Assembly: GCA_035552155.1 (NCBI GenBank)
Contig: DASZLX010000018.1
Location: forward strand, 391,600 to 455,599
Reading direction: 5' to 3'
Origin: Verrucomicrobiia bacterium
GTDB lineage: Bacteria; Verrucomicrobiota; Verrucomicrobiia; Limisphaerales; DASXHY01
Length of the DNA: 64,000 bases
In this document: piece after piece, positions 50,425 through 59,880 of the stretch
How positions within the stretch are numbered: the stretch's first letter is position 1
How the letters are laid out: each line of letters begins with the position of its first letter
Notes under the pieces: generated by a model
What the model saw: only the letters and a program-made list of their open reading frames with translations
The model's database searches: none
What the model was told of the DNA's origin: nothing
Program-made: the position numbers and the translations under genes

Positions 50425-52704
50425 ATGTTTCTGGCCAGGAAACTCGCCGGGCTCACGCTGCTGACGACTGCGCTCCTGCTTTCCACGAGCGGGATTTCGA
50501 CCGGGGCCACCGCCGAGGTTTTGACGAATGCCGCCGATATCCTGGCCCTCTCGCCCGAGCGCGCTTCAGACTCCATCTCAGTATCCATTACCGGCGTCGT
50601 CACCGCCGCCGAACCCAATTGGGGCGGTCGGTTTTTTGTGCAGGACGCCAGCGGCGGAGTATTTGTCAACAGCGTCGATGGGGCGCCGCCCAGCCCGGGA
50701 GACATCGCGACGGTTGCTGGAATTACCACCCCGGGCGGTTATGCGCCGTGTATCGACAAGCCGCACTGGATGAAATCAGGCACCGGTCCCATGCCGAAAG
50801 CGAAGGTCCCCACCATCGAACAATTCATGACGGGAAATGAAGACAGTCAGCGCATCGAATTGTCCGGCATCGTCAGATCCGCTTCCACGAATATCGATCG
50901 GCTGAGCGTGGAATTAGTCTCGGGCGCTTATCGCTTTCGCGCGCACTCGCCGATTCCGCCCGGCGTAAATCCCCAGAGCCTGGTTGGCGCCCGAGTCCGC
51001 ATCCGCGGCACGGCAGCAGTATTTTTCAACGCCACTTTAAGACGTTTCCTCACCATCGTTCTTTATGCTCCTTCGGTTTCTGATTTCATCATTGAACAAC
51101 CGGCTCCCGCGAATCCTTTCGATGACCCGCTGATCCCGCTGAACGCCACCGCGCAATACCGCAACCGGCCGTCGCCGTCGGGCCAGGTCCACGTCCGCGG
51201 ATTAGTCACGTATCAAAGGCTCGGCGAAGATTTGTTTCTTCAGGATGACACCGGCGGGTTGCAGATCAAATGCCCCGATGCCGCGGCATTTTCGCCGGGC
51301 GACATTGTCGAGGCGGTTGGATTTCCCGGCGTTCAAAATTTCCTGCCCGTCCTTGAAGACGCCATTTTGCGGAAATGCCCCGGCGGACCCGCCCTCGTGC
51401 TGCCCAACAACGTGCCCATGGCCCAATTGCAAATGGGTTTGCACAATGCGGAGCTGATTATGCTCCAAGGCAAGCTGCTGGATCGCCAGACTGGCCATGC
51501 CAAAACATCCGCCGGCAGTCTCCTCGGCCCCCGCACAGTGCTGGTCATCCAAACCACCAACCTCGTATTCACCGCGGAAGACAATGCGACCGCCGCCGAT
51601 TCTTTTTTATCCTCCATCCCCATTGGCAGCACCATCCTGGTGAGCGGCGTTTGCCTCCTGCAAAGCGCCGAGGACGGCAAAACAAAATCCATTCAACTAT
51701 TGCTTCCCTCTTCCGCCAACGTTCGCATTCTCGCCAGCCCGGGCTGGCTTACGCCGCAACATTTATTGGTGACCCTCGCCGCAGCCCTGATGGTCATCCT
51801 GATCGGTTCAACCTGGATCATCATGGCGTTAAAAAGAAACACCGCCCTGCGGCAATTGATTTACGAGCGCGAACTGGGCCGCAAGGAACTTCAGAAAGCC
51901 CACGACTCGTTGGAACAACGCGTCAAGGAACGCACGCGGCAGTTGAAAGTGCAAATCACCGCGCGCAAAGAAGCCGACCTGCAATCCAAAGCAGTCCTCA
52001 GCGAGCGCACGCGTCTGGCCAAGGAGTTGCACGACACCATCGAGCAAACCATGACGGGCGTCACGCTCCAACTCAATGCCGTGGCCAAGCTGCTCGAGCA
52101 AAATCCCGAAACCGCCGGCCGCCATCTTGGCCTCGCGCGGAATATGGTCCGGACAAGCCGCGTGGATTTGCGCCGATCCATTTGGGATTTGCGCACGCGG
52201 GAGCTGGAGCAATTCGACCTGGCCGGCGCGTTGTTGCTGAGTGGAAATCAAATTGCCGACGGCGCCAACATCGGCGTTAAAATTGAAACCGGAGGCACGG
52301 CGCGGTCGTTGCCCGAAATCATGGAGGAAAATATTCTTCGGATAGGTCAGGAAGCGATCACCAACGCGGTCAAGCATTCCGGAGCCACTCAACTGCGTCT
52401 GGGACTTGATTTCCACGAGCAAAATGTCGTCCTAACCATCAAAGACAATGGAAACGGATTTACTCCGGACAACTGCCTCGGGCCGAATGAAGGTCATTTT
52501 GGACTGCTGGGCATGTCGGAAAGGGCCAAACGGTTGGTGGGCACTCTCACCATCGAGAGCGCGCCGGGAACGGGAACGACCATCACCGTTGATATCCCAA
52601 CCGAGGAAATGACAATCCGCCGCGCCGTCATCGCCGGGCAAACTGGCGAATCGATGGAAACAGACCATGAAGAAAACATCCCCGATACGGATCCTTGCCG
52701 CTGA
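50425..52704 (+). CDS. Sensor histidine kinase (HisKA_3/NarX-class) with a ~430-aa periplasmic sensor region
   Basis: ATG 50425 gives MFLARKLAGLTLLTTALLLSTSG. A second TM helix (LLVTLAAALMVILIGSTWIIMAL) is followed by a coiled coil, the HisKA_3 H-box RTRLAKELHDTIEQTMTG, and HATPase motifs (ITNAVKHSGA; DNGNGF; GHFGLLGMSERA; GTGTTI). Confidence 0.9.
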   Translation: MFLARKLAGLTLLTTALLLSTSGISTGATAEVLTNAADILALSPERASDSISVSITGVVTAAEPNWGGRFFVQDASGGVFVNSVDGAPPSPGDIATVAGITTPGGYAPCIDKPHWMKSGTGPMPKAKVPTIEQFMTGNEDSQRIELSGIVRSASTNIDRLSVELVSGAYRFRAHSPIPPGVNPQSLVGARVRIRGTAAVFFNATLRRFLTIVLYAPSVSDFIIEQPAPANPFDDPLIPLNATAQYRNRPSPSGQVHVRGLVTYQRLGEDLFLQDDTGGLQIKCPDAAAFSPGDIVEAVGFPGVQNFLPVLEDAILRKCPGGPALVLPNNVPMAQLQMGLHNAELIMLQGKLLDRQTGHAKTSAGSLLGPRTVLVIQTTNLVFTAEDNATAADSFLSSIPIGSTILVSGVCLLQSAEDGKTKSIQLLLPSSANVRILASPGWLTPQHLLVTLAAALMVILIGSTWIIMALKRNTALRQLIYERELGRKELQKAHDSLEQRVKERTRQLKVQITARKEADLQSKAVLSERTRLAKELHDTIEQTMTGVTLQLNAVAKLLEQNPETAGRHLGLARNMVRTSRVDLRRSIWDLRTRELEQFDLAGALLLSGNQIADGANIGVKIETGGTARSLPEIMEENILRIGQEAITNAVKHSGATQLRLGLDFHEQNVVLTIKDNGNGFTPDNCLGPNEGHFGLLGMSERAKRLVGTLTIESAPGTGTTITVDIPTEEMTIRRAVIAGQTGESMETDHEENIPDTDPCR

Positions 52705-53296
52705 CGATCATTTTATTGTTCGGATGGGTTTGACGGCAATGGTCAACATCGAACCGGACATGGAAATTGTGGCCGAAGCCTCCGATGGCGCCGAGGCCAT
52801 CGCGCTGTTCACGAAATTCAATCCCGACGTCACGTTGCTGGACGTGCGGATGCCGGCCATCAACGGCATCGAAGTTGCCGCCGCCATTCGCAGGCAAAAC
52901 GAGACCGCGCGCATTTTGATGCTCTCGGCCCTGAACGGCGACGAGGATATTCATAAGGCGCTGGAAGCCGGCGCGGCCGGTTATGTCCTGAAGAATGCCA
53001 CGGAAGAAAAACTCATTCCCGCCATCCGCGCCGTCGCCGCCGGACAACGCTGGATTCCGCAGGATGTGGCCAATCGCCTTTGGTCGCGGCGCTTGTTCCA
53101 GGAACTCACCGCGCGCGAATTGCAGGTGCTCAACAAGCTCATCAAGGGCATGGCCAACAAGCAAATCGCCCATGCGATGAACATCAGCGAAAATACGGTG
53201 AAAGGATTTCTGAAAAATATTCTCGCCAAACTTCACGTGGCTGATCGAACGGAGGCGGTAGCCGTGGCCATTCAGCGGGGCCTGATTCAACTTTAG
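52667..53296 (+). CDS. NarL/LuxR-family response regulator
   Basis: IRILAADDHFIVRMGL, DVTLLDVRMPAINGIE, ILMLSAL, and the HTH LTARELQVLNKLIKGMANKQIAHAMNISENTVKGF. It overlaps the kinase gene by 38 nt. Confidence 0.9.
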   Translation: MKKTSPIRILAADDHFIVRMGLTAMVNIEPDMEIVAEASDGAEAIALFTKFNPDVTLLDVRMPAINGIEVAAAIRRQNETARILMLSALNGDEDIHKALEAGAAGYVLKNATEEKLIPAIRAVAAGQRWIPQDVANRLWSRRLFQELTARELQVLNKLIKGMANKQIAHAMNISENTVKGFLKNILAKLHVADRTEAVAVAIQRGLIQL

Positions 53297-53348
53297 CGCC
53301 GGTAATTGCTCGTCCACAACGCCCGGCCTGATACATTGACGCAAAACC

Positions 53349-55205
53349 ATGACGAGCATTCTCGGCATCTCCGCTTTTTACCATGACAGCGCCGCGGCGC
53401 TCGTGGTGGATGGCCGGATCGTCGCGGCGGCGCAGGAGGAGCGATTTACTCGGCGCAAGCATGACCCGGATTTTCCGAAACACGCCGCCGAGTATTGCCT
53501 GCGCGAAGCGGGCTTGGAATTGGGCGAACTGGACTACGTCGTTTTTTACGAAAAGCCGCTCCTGAAATTCGACCGACTGCTGGAGACCTATTTCGCCTTC
53601 GCGCCAGCCGGCTTCGCGAGTTTCCGCGAGGCGATGCCTTTATGGCTGCGCGACAAATTATATTTGCGCCGCAAGTTGCGCGCCGAATTGAAAAACGCAA
53701 AGCGGGCGCGTTTTATTTTCACCGAACACCACGAGAGCCATGCCGCTAGCGCTTTTTTTCCCAGCCCATTCGAGGATGCGGCCATCCTGACGGTGGATGG
53801 CGTCGGCGAATGGACCACCGCCACGCTCGGGGTCGGCGAGGGGAATCGCCTCCGGCTTTTGCGCGAGCTGAAATTTCCGCACTCGCTCGGCCTGCTCTAT
53901 TCCGCGTTCACCTATTATTGCGGCTTCAAAGTGAACAGCGGCGAATACAAATTGATGGGCCTCGCGCCCTACGGACAACCGCGGTTTGCTGATGCCATTC
54001 GTAAACACCTCCTGGACCTCCGGCCGGACGGCAGTTTTCGGATGAACATGGATTATTTCAATTACTGCCAGGGCCTGACCATGACCAACGAACGGTTTCA
54101 TGGTCTCTTCGGCGGCCCACCGCGTGCGCCCGAATCGCAGTTGGAACAACGCCACATGGATTTGGCGGCCAGCATCCAGGTAGTCAGCGAAGAAATTTTC
54201 ATCGCCATGGCTCGGGAACTTCATCGGCTCACGGGCAAAAAGAATCTCGTGCTCGCTGGCGGCGTGGCGCTCAATTGCGTGGCCAACGGACGCTTGCTGC
54301 GCGAAGGGCCTTTTTCAGACTTCTGGATTCAACCCGCCGCGGGTGATGCGGGCGGCGCGCTTGGGGCGGCGCTTTTCGTCTGGCATCAATTGCTCGAAAA
54401 ACCCCGCCGCCCCGCTTCGGTCGATTCGCAATCCGGAAGTTTTCTCGGCCCGCGATTTTCCGACGACGAAGTCGACCAGGCGCTGCAGACGCGTTCGCTG
54501 CCGGGTCGGCGATTTGATGACGAAGAGGCGCTATTGAAGCAAATTGTGGAGGCGCTGGAAGATGGGAAGGTAGTAGGATGGTTTCACGGCCGGATGGAAT
54601 TTGGCCCGCGCGCGCTCGGCGCGCGCAGCATCCTGGGCGACGCCCGAAATCCCGCGATGCAAGCCGTGATGAATTTGAAGATCAAATACCGGGAAAGCTT
54701 CCGCCCGTTCGCTCCCTGTATTTTGCGCGAGCGCGCCGCGGATTACTTTGCCCTGCCCCGGCACATTGAAAGTCCCTACATGCTGCTCGTCGCTCCGCTG
54801 CTGGAACGGCATCGCACACCACTTTCCGACGCGCAGCGCGGCACGATGACCAATGATCCGGACCTGCGCCAGCGCGTGAATGTGGCGCGCTCGACTGTGC
54901 CGGCCATTACTCACGTCGATTACAGCGCGCGTATTCAAACCGTGGACGAGGAACGACACGGCCGTTTTTATCGCCTGCTGAAAATGTTCGAGGAACGGAC
55001 CGGTTGCCCGATGCTAGTGAACACCAGCTTCAACGTGCGCGGCGAACCCATCGTGTGCACCCCCGACGACGCAATACGCTGTTTCCTTGCGACCGACATG
55101 GACCTGCTGGTGCTGGAAAATTTCATTGCGGACAAACAACAAGTGACACGCCTGCCTTCCGCGGCGGAAAAAGCCGGGCATCTCGCAGCCTTTCAACCCG
55201 ATTGA
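53349..55205 (+). CDS. Carbamoyltransferase (NodU/CmcH family)
   Basis: MTSILGISAFYHDSAAALVVDGRIVAAAQEERFTRRKHDPDFP, HHESHAASAFF, LAGGVALNCVANG, and the C-terminal YrdC/Kae1-like part NTSFNVRGEPIVCTP. Confidence 0.9.
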   Translation: MTSILGISAFYHDSAAALVVDGRIVAAAQEERFTRRKHDPDFPKHAAEYCLREAGLELGELDYVVFYEKPLLKFDRLLETYFAFAPAGFASFREAMPLWLRDKLYLRRKLRAELKNAKRARFIFTEHHESHAASAFFPSPFEDAAILTVDGVGEWTTATLGVGEGNRLRLLRELKFPHSLGLLYSAFTYYCGFKVNSGEYKLMGLAPYGQPRFADAIRKHLLDLRPDGSFRMNMDYFNYCQGLTMTNERFHGLFGGPPRAPESQLEQRHMDLAASIQVVSEEIFIAMARELHRLTGKKNLVLAGGVALNCVANGRLLREGPFSDFWIQPAAGDAGGALGAALFVWHQLLEKPRRPASVDSQSGSFLGPRFSDDEVDQALQTRSLPGRRFDDEEALLKQIVEALEDGKVVGWFHGRMEFGPRALGARSILGDARNPAMQAVMNLKIKYRESFRPFAPCILRERAADYFALPRHIESPYMLLVAPLLERHRTPLSDAQRGTMTNDPDLRQRVNVARSTVPAITHVDYSARIQTVDEERHGRFYRLLKMFEERTGCPMLVNTSFNVRGEPIVCTPDDAIRCFLATDMDLLVLENFIADKQQVTRLPSAAEKAGHLAAFQPD

Positions 55206-55209
55206 CACC

Positions 55210-55623
55210 ATGGGACTGATTGTTTTTCAAACCAAACCGACCGCACGCGTGCTGCGGCAATTCGCGGGAGCGTGGCTGGTATTTTTTCTCGCGCTGGCAG
55301 CGAACCAGACCTGGCGGCGCGGGCATGTTCCGGCGGGAATCGCGCTGGGCATCGTGGCACTCATCGGCATTGTGGGCCTGATCCAACCGAAATCGATGCG
55401 CCTGCTTTTCATTGCCGCGTCCGCTGCCGCGTTTCCGATTGGATGGCTCGTCAGCCAGATTATGCTGTTGCTGATGTTCTACGGCGTGATGACTCCGGTG
55501 GCATTTTTCTGGCGCCTGCGCGGGCGGGATACGCTCCAGTTGCGCGCGAAACCGGATCAATCCAGCTTTTGGATTGACCGCCAGGAGGAGCCGAAGCCTG
55601 AACGATACCTGAAACAATTTTGA
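55210..55623 (+). CDS. SxtJ-family membrane protein
   Basis: 137 aa with 3-4 TM helices and LRQFAG near the N-terminus. The 4-nt gap after the carbamoyltransferase and the DUF5989 gene that follows form the widely conserved trio. Confidence 0.65.
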   Translation: MGLIVFQTKPTARVLRQFAGAWLVFFLALAANQTWRRGHVPAGIALGIVALIGIVGLIQPKSMRLLFIAASAAAFPIGWLVSQIMLLLMFYGVMTPVAFFWRLRGRDTLQLRAKPDQSSFWIDRQEEPKPERYLKQF

Positions 55624-55634
55624 GACCTTCCACT

Positions 55635-55835
55635 ATGAAAAAAAATGAACCCACCGCCTTCGAGAAGGCCGCCGCGTCGCAGACCCGCAATGGTTTTTTG
55701 AGCGACCTCTGGTATTTTCTCAAGACAAACAAAAAATGGTGGCTCATCCCGATACTGATCGTCTTCGTGCTCGCCGGCTTGCTCGTGTTGCTTTCCAGCA
55801 CCGGACTCGCGCCCTTTATTTACACATTGTTTTGA
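55635..55835 (+). CDS. DUF5989-family small membrane protein
   Basis: MKKNEPTAFEKAAASQTRNGFLSDLWYFLKTNKKWWLIPILIVFVLAGLLVLLSSTGLAPFIYTLF. The KKWWL-TM-APFIYTLF signature is the family hallmark. The track ORF starts at a TTG (55620) overlapping the upstream stop. Confidence 0.8.
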   Translation: MKKNEPTAFEKAAASQTRNGFLSDLWYFLKTNKKWWLIPILIVFVLAGLLVLLSSTGLAPFIYTLF

Positions 55836-55844
55836 ACACCGCCC

Positions 55845-58745
55845 ATGCAGCCTGCTGACATTCGATACCGTTTTCTGCGCGCAGTAATCCTGATGTTGCT
55901 GCTGGGGTTTGCCGACAGGCGGCTGGCATGCGGCCAGACGGTGAATGTCTGGCTGACCACGGACGACCAGAGCCAAAAATTGCAACCGAAGGCTTCCGTG
56001 TCGTTTTCCACTGGGACGGGCGGTAATAATCCGATCATCGTAGATGAAACCCAGACTTACCAGCGCATTGAAGGGTTTGGCGCTTCGTTCACTGACACGA
56101 CCGGCTATGCGTTGCATCAACTGGCAACGCCATCGCAGCGCAACGCCGCAATGACAAATCTCTTCACCCGAAATGGCGGGGGCATCGGCTTGAGCTTCGT
56201 CCGCAATCCAATGGCCGCCTGCGACCTCTCGCTGTCGGTCTATTCTTACGATGATTTACCGGCCGGACAGACCGATACGAATCTGAATTCATTTTCCATT
56301 GCCCATGACCAGGCGGACATTATTCCGCTAGTCCAACAGGCGCTGCAATTGAATCCGCAATTGAAAATCATGGCCAATCCCTGGAGTCCGCCCGGGTGGA
56401 TGAAGGATTCCGGCTCGATGATTGGCGGTTCGTTGCTGCCCGGCATGTATGGGCCGTTCGCGTTATATTTTATCAAATATCTCCAGGCCTATGGGGACGC
56501 CGGCATCACTGTGAATTATATCTCGCTGCAAAATGAACCGCTGTATCAGCCGGCCAATTATCCGGGTATGTTGATGGACGCGGCCACGCAAACGGTCGTG
56601 TTACGCGATTACCTCCTGCCCGCCCTGGCCGCGCACAACCTGACCAACACGACCGTGCTGGTTTACGACCACAACTGGGACCGGCCGGATTACCCCACCA
56701 CCGAGTTTTCGGATGCCGCCGTGAATAATTCGCCGCAAGTCACCGGAATTGCCTGGCACGGATATGGCGGCACGCCCGGCGTGATGCTCTCGCTGGAAAA
56801 TAGTTATCCCCCGAAGGGACAGTATTTGACCGAACACTCCGGCGAAGTTTCGATTCCCGACCAGGTCAAAGCGGATTTCCGGGAAATCATTCATGTCATG
56901 CGAAGCTGGGGAAAAGCGTACGTGAAATGGAACATGGCCTCCGACGAAAACTACGGGCCGCACACCGGCGGTTGCAGTGACTGCACGCCACTGGTGTACG
57001 TCAATTCCACGACCCGTAATGTCAGCTACGGCATCGAGTTTTATACGCTGGGGCATTTCAGCAAATTCGTGCTGCCCGGCGCTTACCGGATTTATTCCAG
57101 CGACGGCGCGGGAGTGGATACCGCGGCCTTTTTAAATCCGGACAATTCCAAAGTGCTGGTGGCGTTCAATGACACGGCGAACAGCGTCACATTTCAGGTG
57201 CAGTGGGGGAATCGGTCGTTTCCTTACATGCTCACGTCTTATTCCGGGGCGACTTTCACGTGGAGCGGCACACCGGGCGACGGATATACGGTGAATCCCA
57301 CGAACCTCGTCACCGCCTCCAGTTTTAATTCCATTTCCGCTTTGCAGACTGAGCCGACGACCGACACGCTGGGCGGTTATGATTTGGGTTTTGCGTCCGG
57401 CGGCAGCTATGCCGGGTATTCAAACGTCGATCTCACTACCGGTTTTACAAATGTCATCGGGCGCCTGGCAAGCGCGGGCTCCGGTGGGACGCTCGAATTC
57501 CACATCGATAGCCCAACCGGGCCGATGGTCGGCTCGCTAACCATCCCCGTCACCGGAGGATGGCAGACGTGGCAAACGGTCACGGGACTCGTCACCGGCG
57601 GCGCCGGAGTGCACACGTTGTTTGCGCGATTCAACGGCTCGGGCGGCATCGGGAATTTAAACTGGTTTCAATTTGCCGGCGCGACATCTCCCCTGCCCGC
57701 ACCCTGGTCCGGCGCGGATATCGGCAGCATCGGACTGGCTGGCAGCGCCGCGCTGAGCAGCGGAACCTTCACGCTGAACGGATCGGGAAATGATATTTGG
57801 AATTCCGAGGATGCTTTTCACCTGGTGTCGCAACCAGCGGCCGGGAATTGCGAAATCCGCGCGCGCGTGACCAGCTTGCAGCCCACGGATCCCTGGGCCA
57901 AAGCAGGCGTGATGATCCGGGACAGCGCCGCGGCAGGAGCCATGAACGCGTCGGTCGTTCTTGCGGCGAGCAATGGTGTTTCCTTCCAGGTTCGCCCGGG
58001 CACGGGCAACGCGACAACTTCGACCGTCGTAGGCGTTGGCACGCTGAAGACTCCACTGTGGTTGAGATTGGTGCGCGCTGCCAATTCGTTCGCGGGTTAC
58101 TACTCGGTGGATGGCAACAATTGGACGCAAGTCGGCGCGAGTGTGCCGCTGGCGTTGAATAACAGCGCCTTGATAGGCCTGGCGGTGACCGCCCACAATA
58201 ACGCGTCAAACTGCGTCGCCGCTTTCGACAATGTTTCCGTGAACCAATCCCCCACTCTCGCGCCCATCCCTGACCAGACGATTTTGGCCGGGAGGACATT
58301 GCTAATCACAAATCAGGCGAGCGACCCGGACATTCCGGCACAAACACTGGCCTACAGCCTCCTCAATGCGCCCGCTGGCGCGCGCATGGACAGCGCCGGA
58401 ATTTTCTCCTGGCGGCCGGCTATTTCGCAGTCGCCATCCACTCAAACGCTCAGCGTCGTTGTCGCGGACAATGGCGTTCCAAGCATGGCGGCTACGCAGA
58501 AATTCGCGGTGACGATCAATCGTCCGGCGAATCCATTGTTGTCCGAGCCATTCGTCACCAACAGTGAGTTCGGCCTGTGGGTTTCCGGAGATGTCGGGCC
58601 GGATTACTTGCTGCAATCCTCCTCCAATCTTTTGTCCTGGTCCACAATTTCGACTTCCACCCCACCTGTGATGCCTTTCTGGTTGACGGTCACGAACGGT
58701 ATTCAATCTCCTGCGCAGTTTTATCGCATTATACTCGGCCCATAA
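55845..58745 (+). CDS. Secreted GH30 glycosidase + CBM6 + concanavalin/LamG-like (DUF1349-like) + cadherin/Ig-like + C-terminal '...FYR' module
   Basis: GH30: YQRIEGFGASFTDTTG, MANPWSPPGWMKDS, YISLQNEP. CBM6-like: ASSFNSISALQTE...GGWQTWQTV...GIGNLNWFQF. Jelly-roll: GNDIWNSEDAFHLVSQ...PWAKAGVMIRDS...FAGYYSVDGNNWTQVG. Ig: PTLAPIPDQTILAGRTLLITNQASDPDIPAQTLAYSL. C-terminus: YLLQSSSNLLSWSTIS...PAQFYRIILGP. Confidence 0.85.
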   Translation: MQPADIRYRFLRAVILMLLLGFADRRLACGQTVNVWLTTDDQSQKLQPKASVSFSTGTGGNNPIIVDETQTYQRIEGFGASFTDTTGYALHQLATPSQRNAAMTNLFTRNGGGIGLSFVRNPMAACDLSLSVYSYDDLPAGQTDTNLNSFSIAHDQADIIPLVQQALQLNPQLKIMANPWSPPGWMKDSGSMIGGSLLPGMYGPFALYFIKYLQAYGDAGITVNYISLQNEPLYQPANYPGMLMDAATQTVVLRDYLLPALAAHNLTNTTVLVYDHNWDRPDYPTTEFSDAAVNNSPQVTGIAWHGYGGTPGVMLSLENSYPPKGQYLTEHSGEVSIPDQVKADFREIIHVMRSWGKAYVKWNMASDENYGPHTGGCSDCTPLVYVNSTTRNVSYGIEFYTLGHFSKFVLPGAYRIYSSDGAGVDTAAFLNPDNSKVLVAFNDTANSVTFQVQWGNRSFPYMLTSYSGATFTWSGTPGDGYTVNPTNLVTASSFNSISALQTEPTTDTLGGYDLGFASGGSYAGYSNVDLTTGFTNVIGRLASAGSGGTLEFHIDSPTGPMVGSLTIPVTGGWQTWQTVTGLVTGGAGVHTLFARFNGSGGIGNLNWFQFAGATSPLPAPWSGADIGSIGLAGSAALSSGTFTLNGSGNDIWNSEDAFHLVSQPAAGNCEIRARVTSLQPTDPWAKAGVMIRDSAAAGAMNASVVLAASNGVSFQVRPGTGNATTSTVVGVGTLKTPLWLRLVRAANSFAGYYSVDGNNWTQVGASVPLALNNSALIGLAVTAHNNASNCVAAFDNVSVNQSPTLAPIPDQTILAGRTLLITNQASDPDIPAQTLAYSLLNAPAGARMDSAGIFSWRPAISQSPSTQTLSVVVADNGVPSMAATQKFAVTINRPANPLLSEPFVTNSEFGLWVSGDVGPDYLLQSSSNLLSWSTISTSTPPVMPFWLTVTNGIQSPAQFYRIILGP

Positions 58746-58764
58746 AACAGGCATCCTGCCGGTC

Positions 58765-59877
58765 CTAGAGCGTACGGCGAAAAAGCAGCGTCGCGGCCGT
58801 CATCGCCAGCAGCGTAAATCCAAAAAGAAAAATCAGGTCCGGAGCGATGGCGGTCAATCCGGTGTTTTTCAATACGAGGTCCTTGAATCCATGCACCGCG
58901 TAAGTGAACGGGTCCGCCACCGTGATGGCTTTCATCCAGGCCGGGAAGGCCTCAGTCGGATACACCGCGCCACTGGGAAAAAATAACACCGTGTTCAACA
59001 TTCCAAAAATCGCGCGCGGCACGAGCGGGTCGCTCACGCGCACCATGATCAGGAACATCATGCTGATGAGCGCGAGCGCGGTGGCGACGACCAGCAAAAA
59101 CATTCGCGCCATGCGCAGGAGGTTGAACGGATCCGGAATGCCCGCGATGACCGAGCCCGCTGTAATTAAAACCAAACCGGAAATGATGGCTTTGGCCGCG
59201 CCGGAAAAGGTGAAGCCGAGAATCAATTCCAATTTGCTGATCGGCGTCACGAGATAGCCCTCGTGCAGGCCGCGGGCTTTGTCGTCGATGAAAATGATGC
59301 CGCCGCCAATCATCGCGGAAACGAAAATCGCGAGCACAATGGTGCCAGGCAGCAGATATTGGATATATGGCACGTAGGGATAAACTTCCACCACGTCCAA
59401 CGTGGCGTTGGCGGTCATGCGCGGCGGCATGGCTGGGGCGCGATAGGCCGGCAGCATTCCAGCGAGGACGCCTGAAAGGGCCGACGAGGAAAATTGGTCA
59501 GTGTTGTCCTCGATCAACGCTATGCGTGGATTCGCGCCGGCGAGGACCTTGCGCGAGAATTGCGGCGGGATGTTCAGCAGGCCATTGATTTTTCCGTTGC
59601 GCAAGTCGCGCAAGGCGGAGGCCATGTCCGTATACGTAATTGTGTCGAAGGTGCGCGCATTGGCGGCCACCGCCTGGAACATTTCCTTCAATTGAACGGC
59701 CGGCACGCCATGGTCCTGATCCACCACTCCGATCTGAAGGTTCTTTACTTTTCCACCGAAGGCATAGCCCAGCACGACGAGCTGCACCAGCGGCATGATG
59801 ATGGAGACGATGATAAGCACCGGACTACGCCGGAAGCGGCGCAAATCGCGTTCTATGATGGCCCAGACTCGGTGCAT
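58765..59877 (-). CDS. ABC-2 type transporter permease
   Basis: 370 aa with an N-terminal TM helix, a large loop and 5 C-terminal TM helices (ABC2_membrane pattern). It starts 3 nt downstream of the ATPase gene. Confidence 0.85.
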   Translation of the reverse strand: MHRVWAIIERDLRRFRRSPVLIIVSIIMPLVQLVVLGYAFGGKVKNLQIGVVDQDHGVPAVQLKEMFQAVAANARTFDTITYTDMASALRDLRNGKINGLLNIPPQFSRKVLAGANPRIALIEDNTDQFSSSALSGVLAGMLPAYRAPAMPPRMTANATLDVVEVYPYVPYIQYLLPGTIVLAIFVSAMIGGGIIFIDDKARGLHEGYLVTPISKLELILGFTFSGAAKAIISGLVLITAGSVIAGIPDPFNLLRMARMFLLVVATALALISMMFLIMVRVSDPLVPRAIFGMLNTVLFFPSGAVYPTEAFPAWMKAITVADPFTYAVHGFKDLVLKNTGLTAIAPDLIFLFGFTLLAMTAATLLFRRTL

Positions 59878-59880
59878 GGT

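Noticed and set aside
55210-55623. SxtJ-like protein + carbamoyltransferase as a saxitoxin-type biosynthetic cluster
   Set aside because: No polyketide-synthase-like SxtA, amidinotransferase or other sxt genes are present. The carbamoyltransferase/SxtJ/DUF5989 trio is widespread outside toxin producers.
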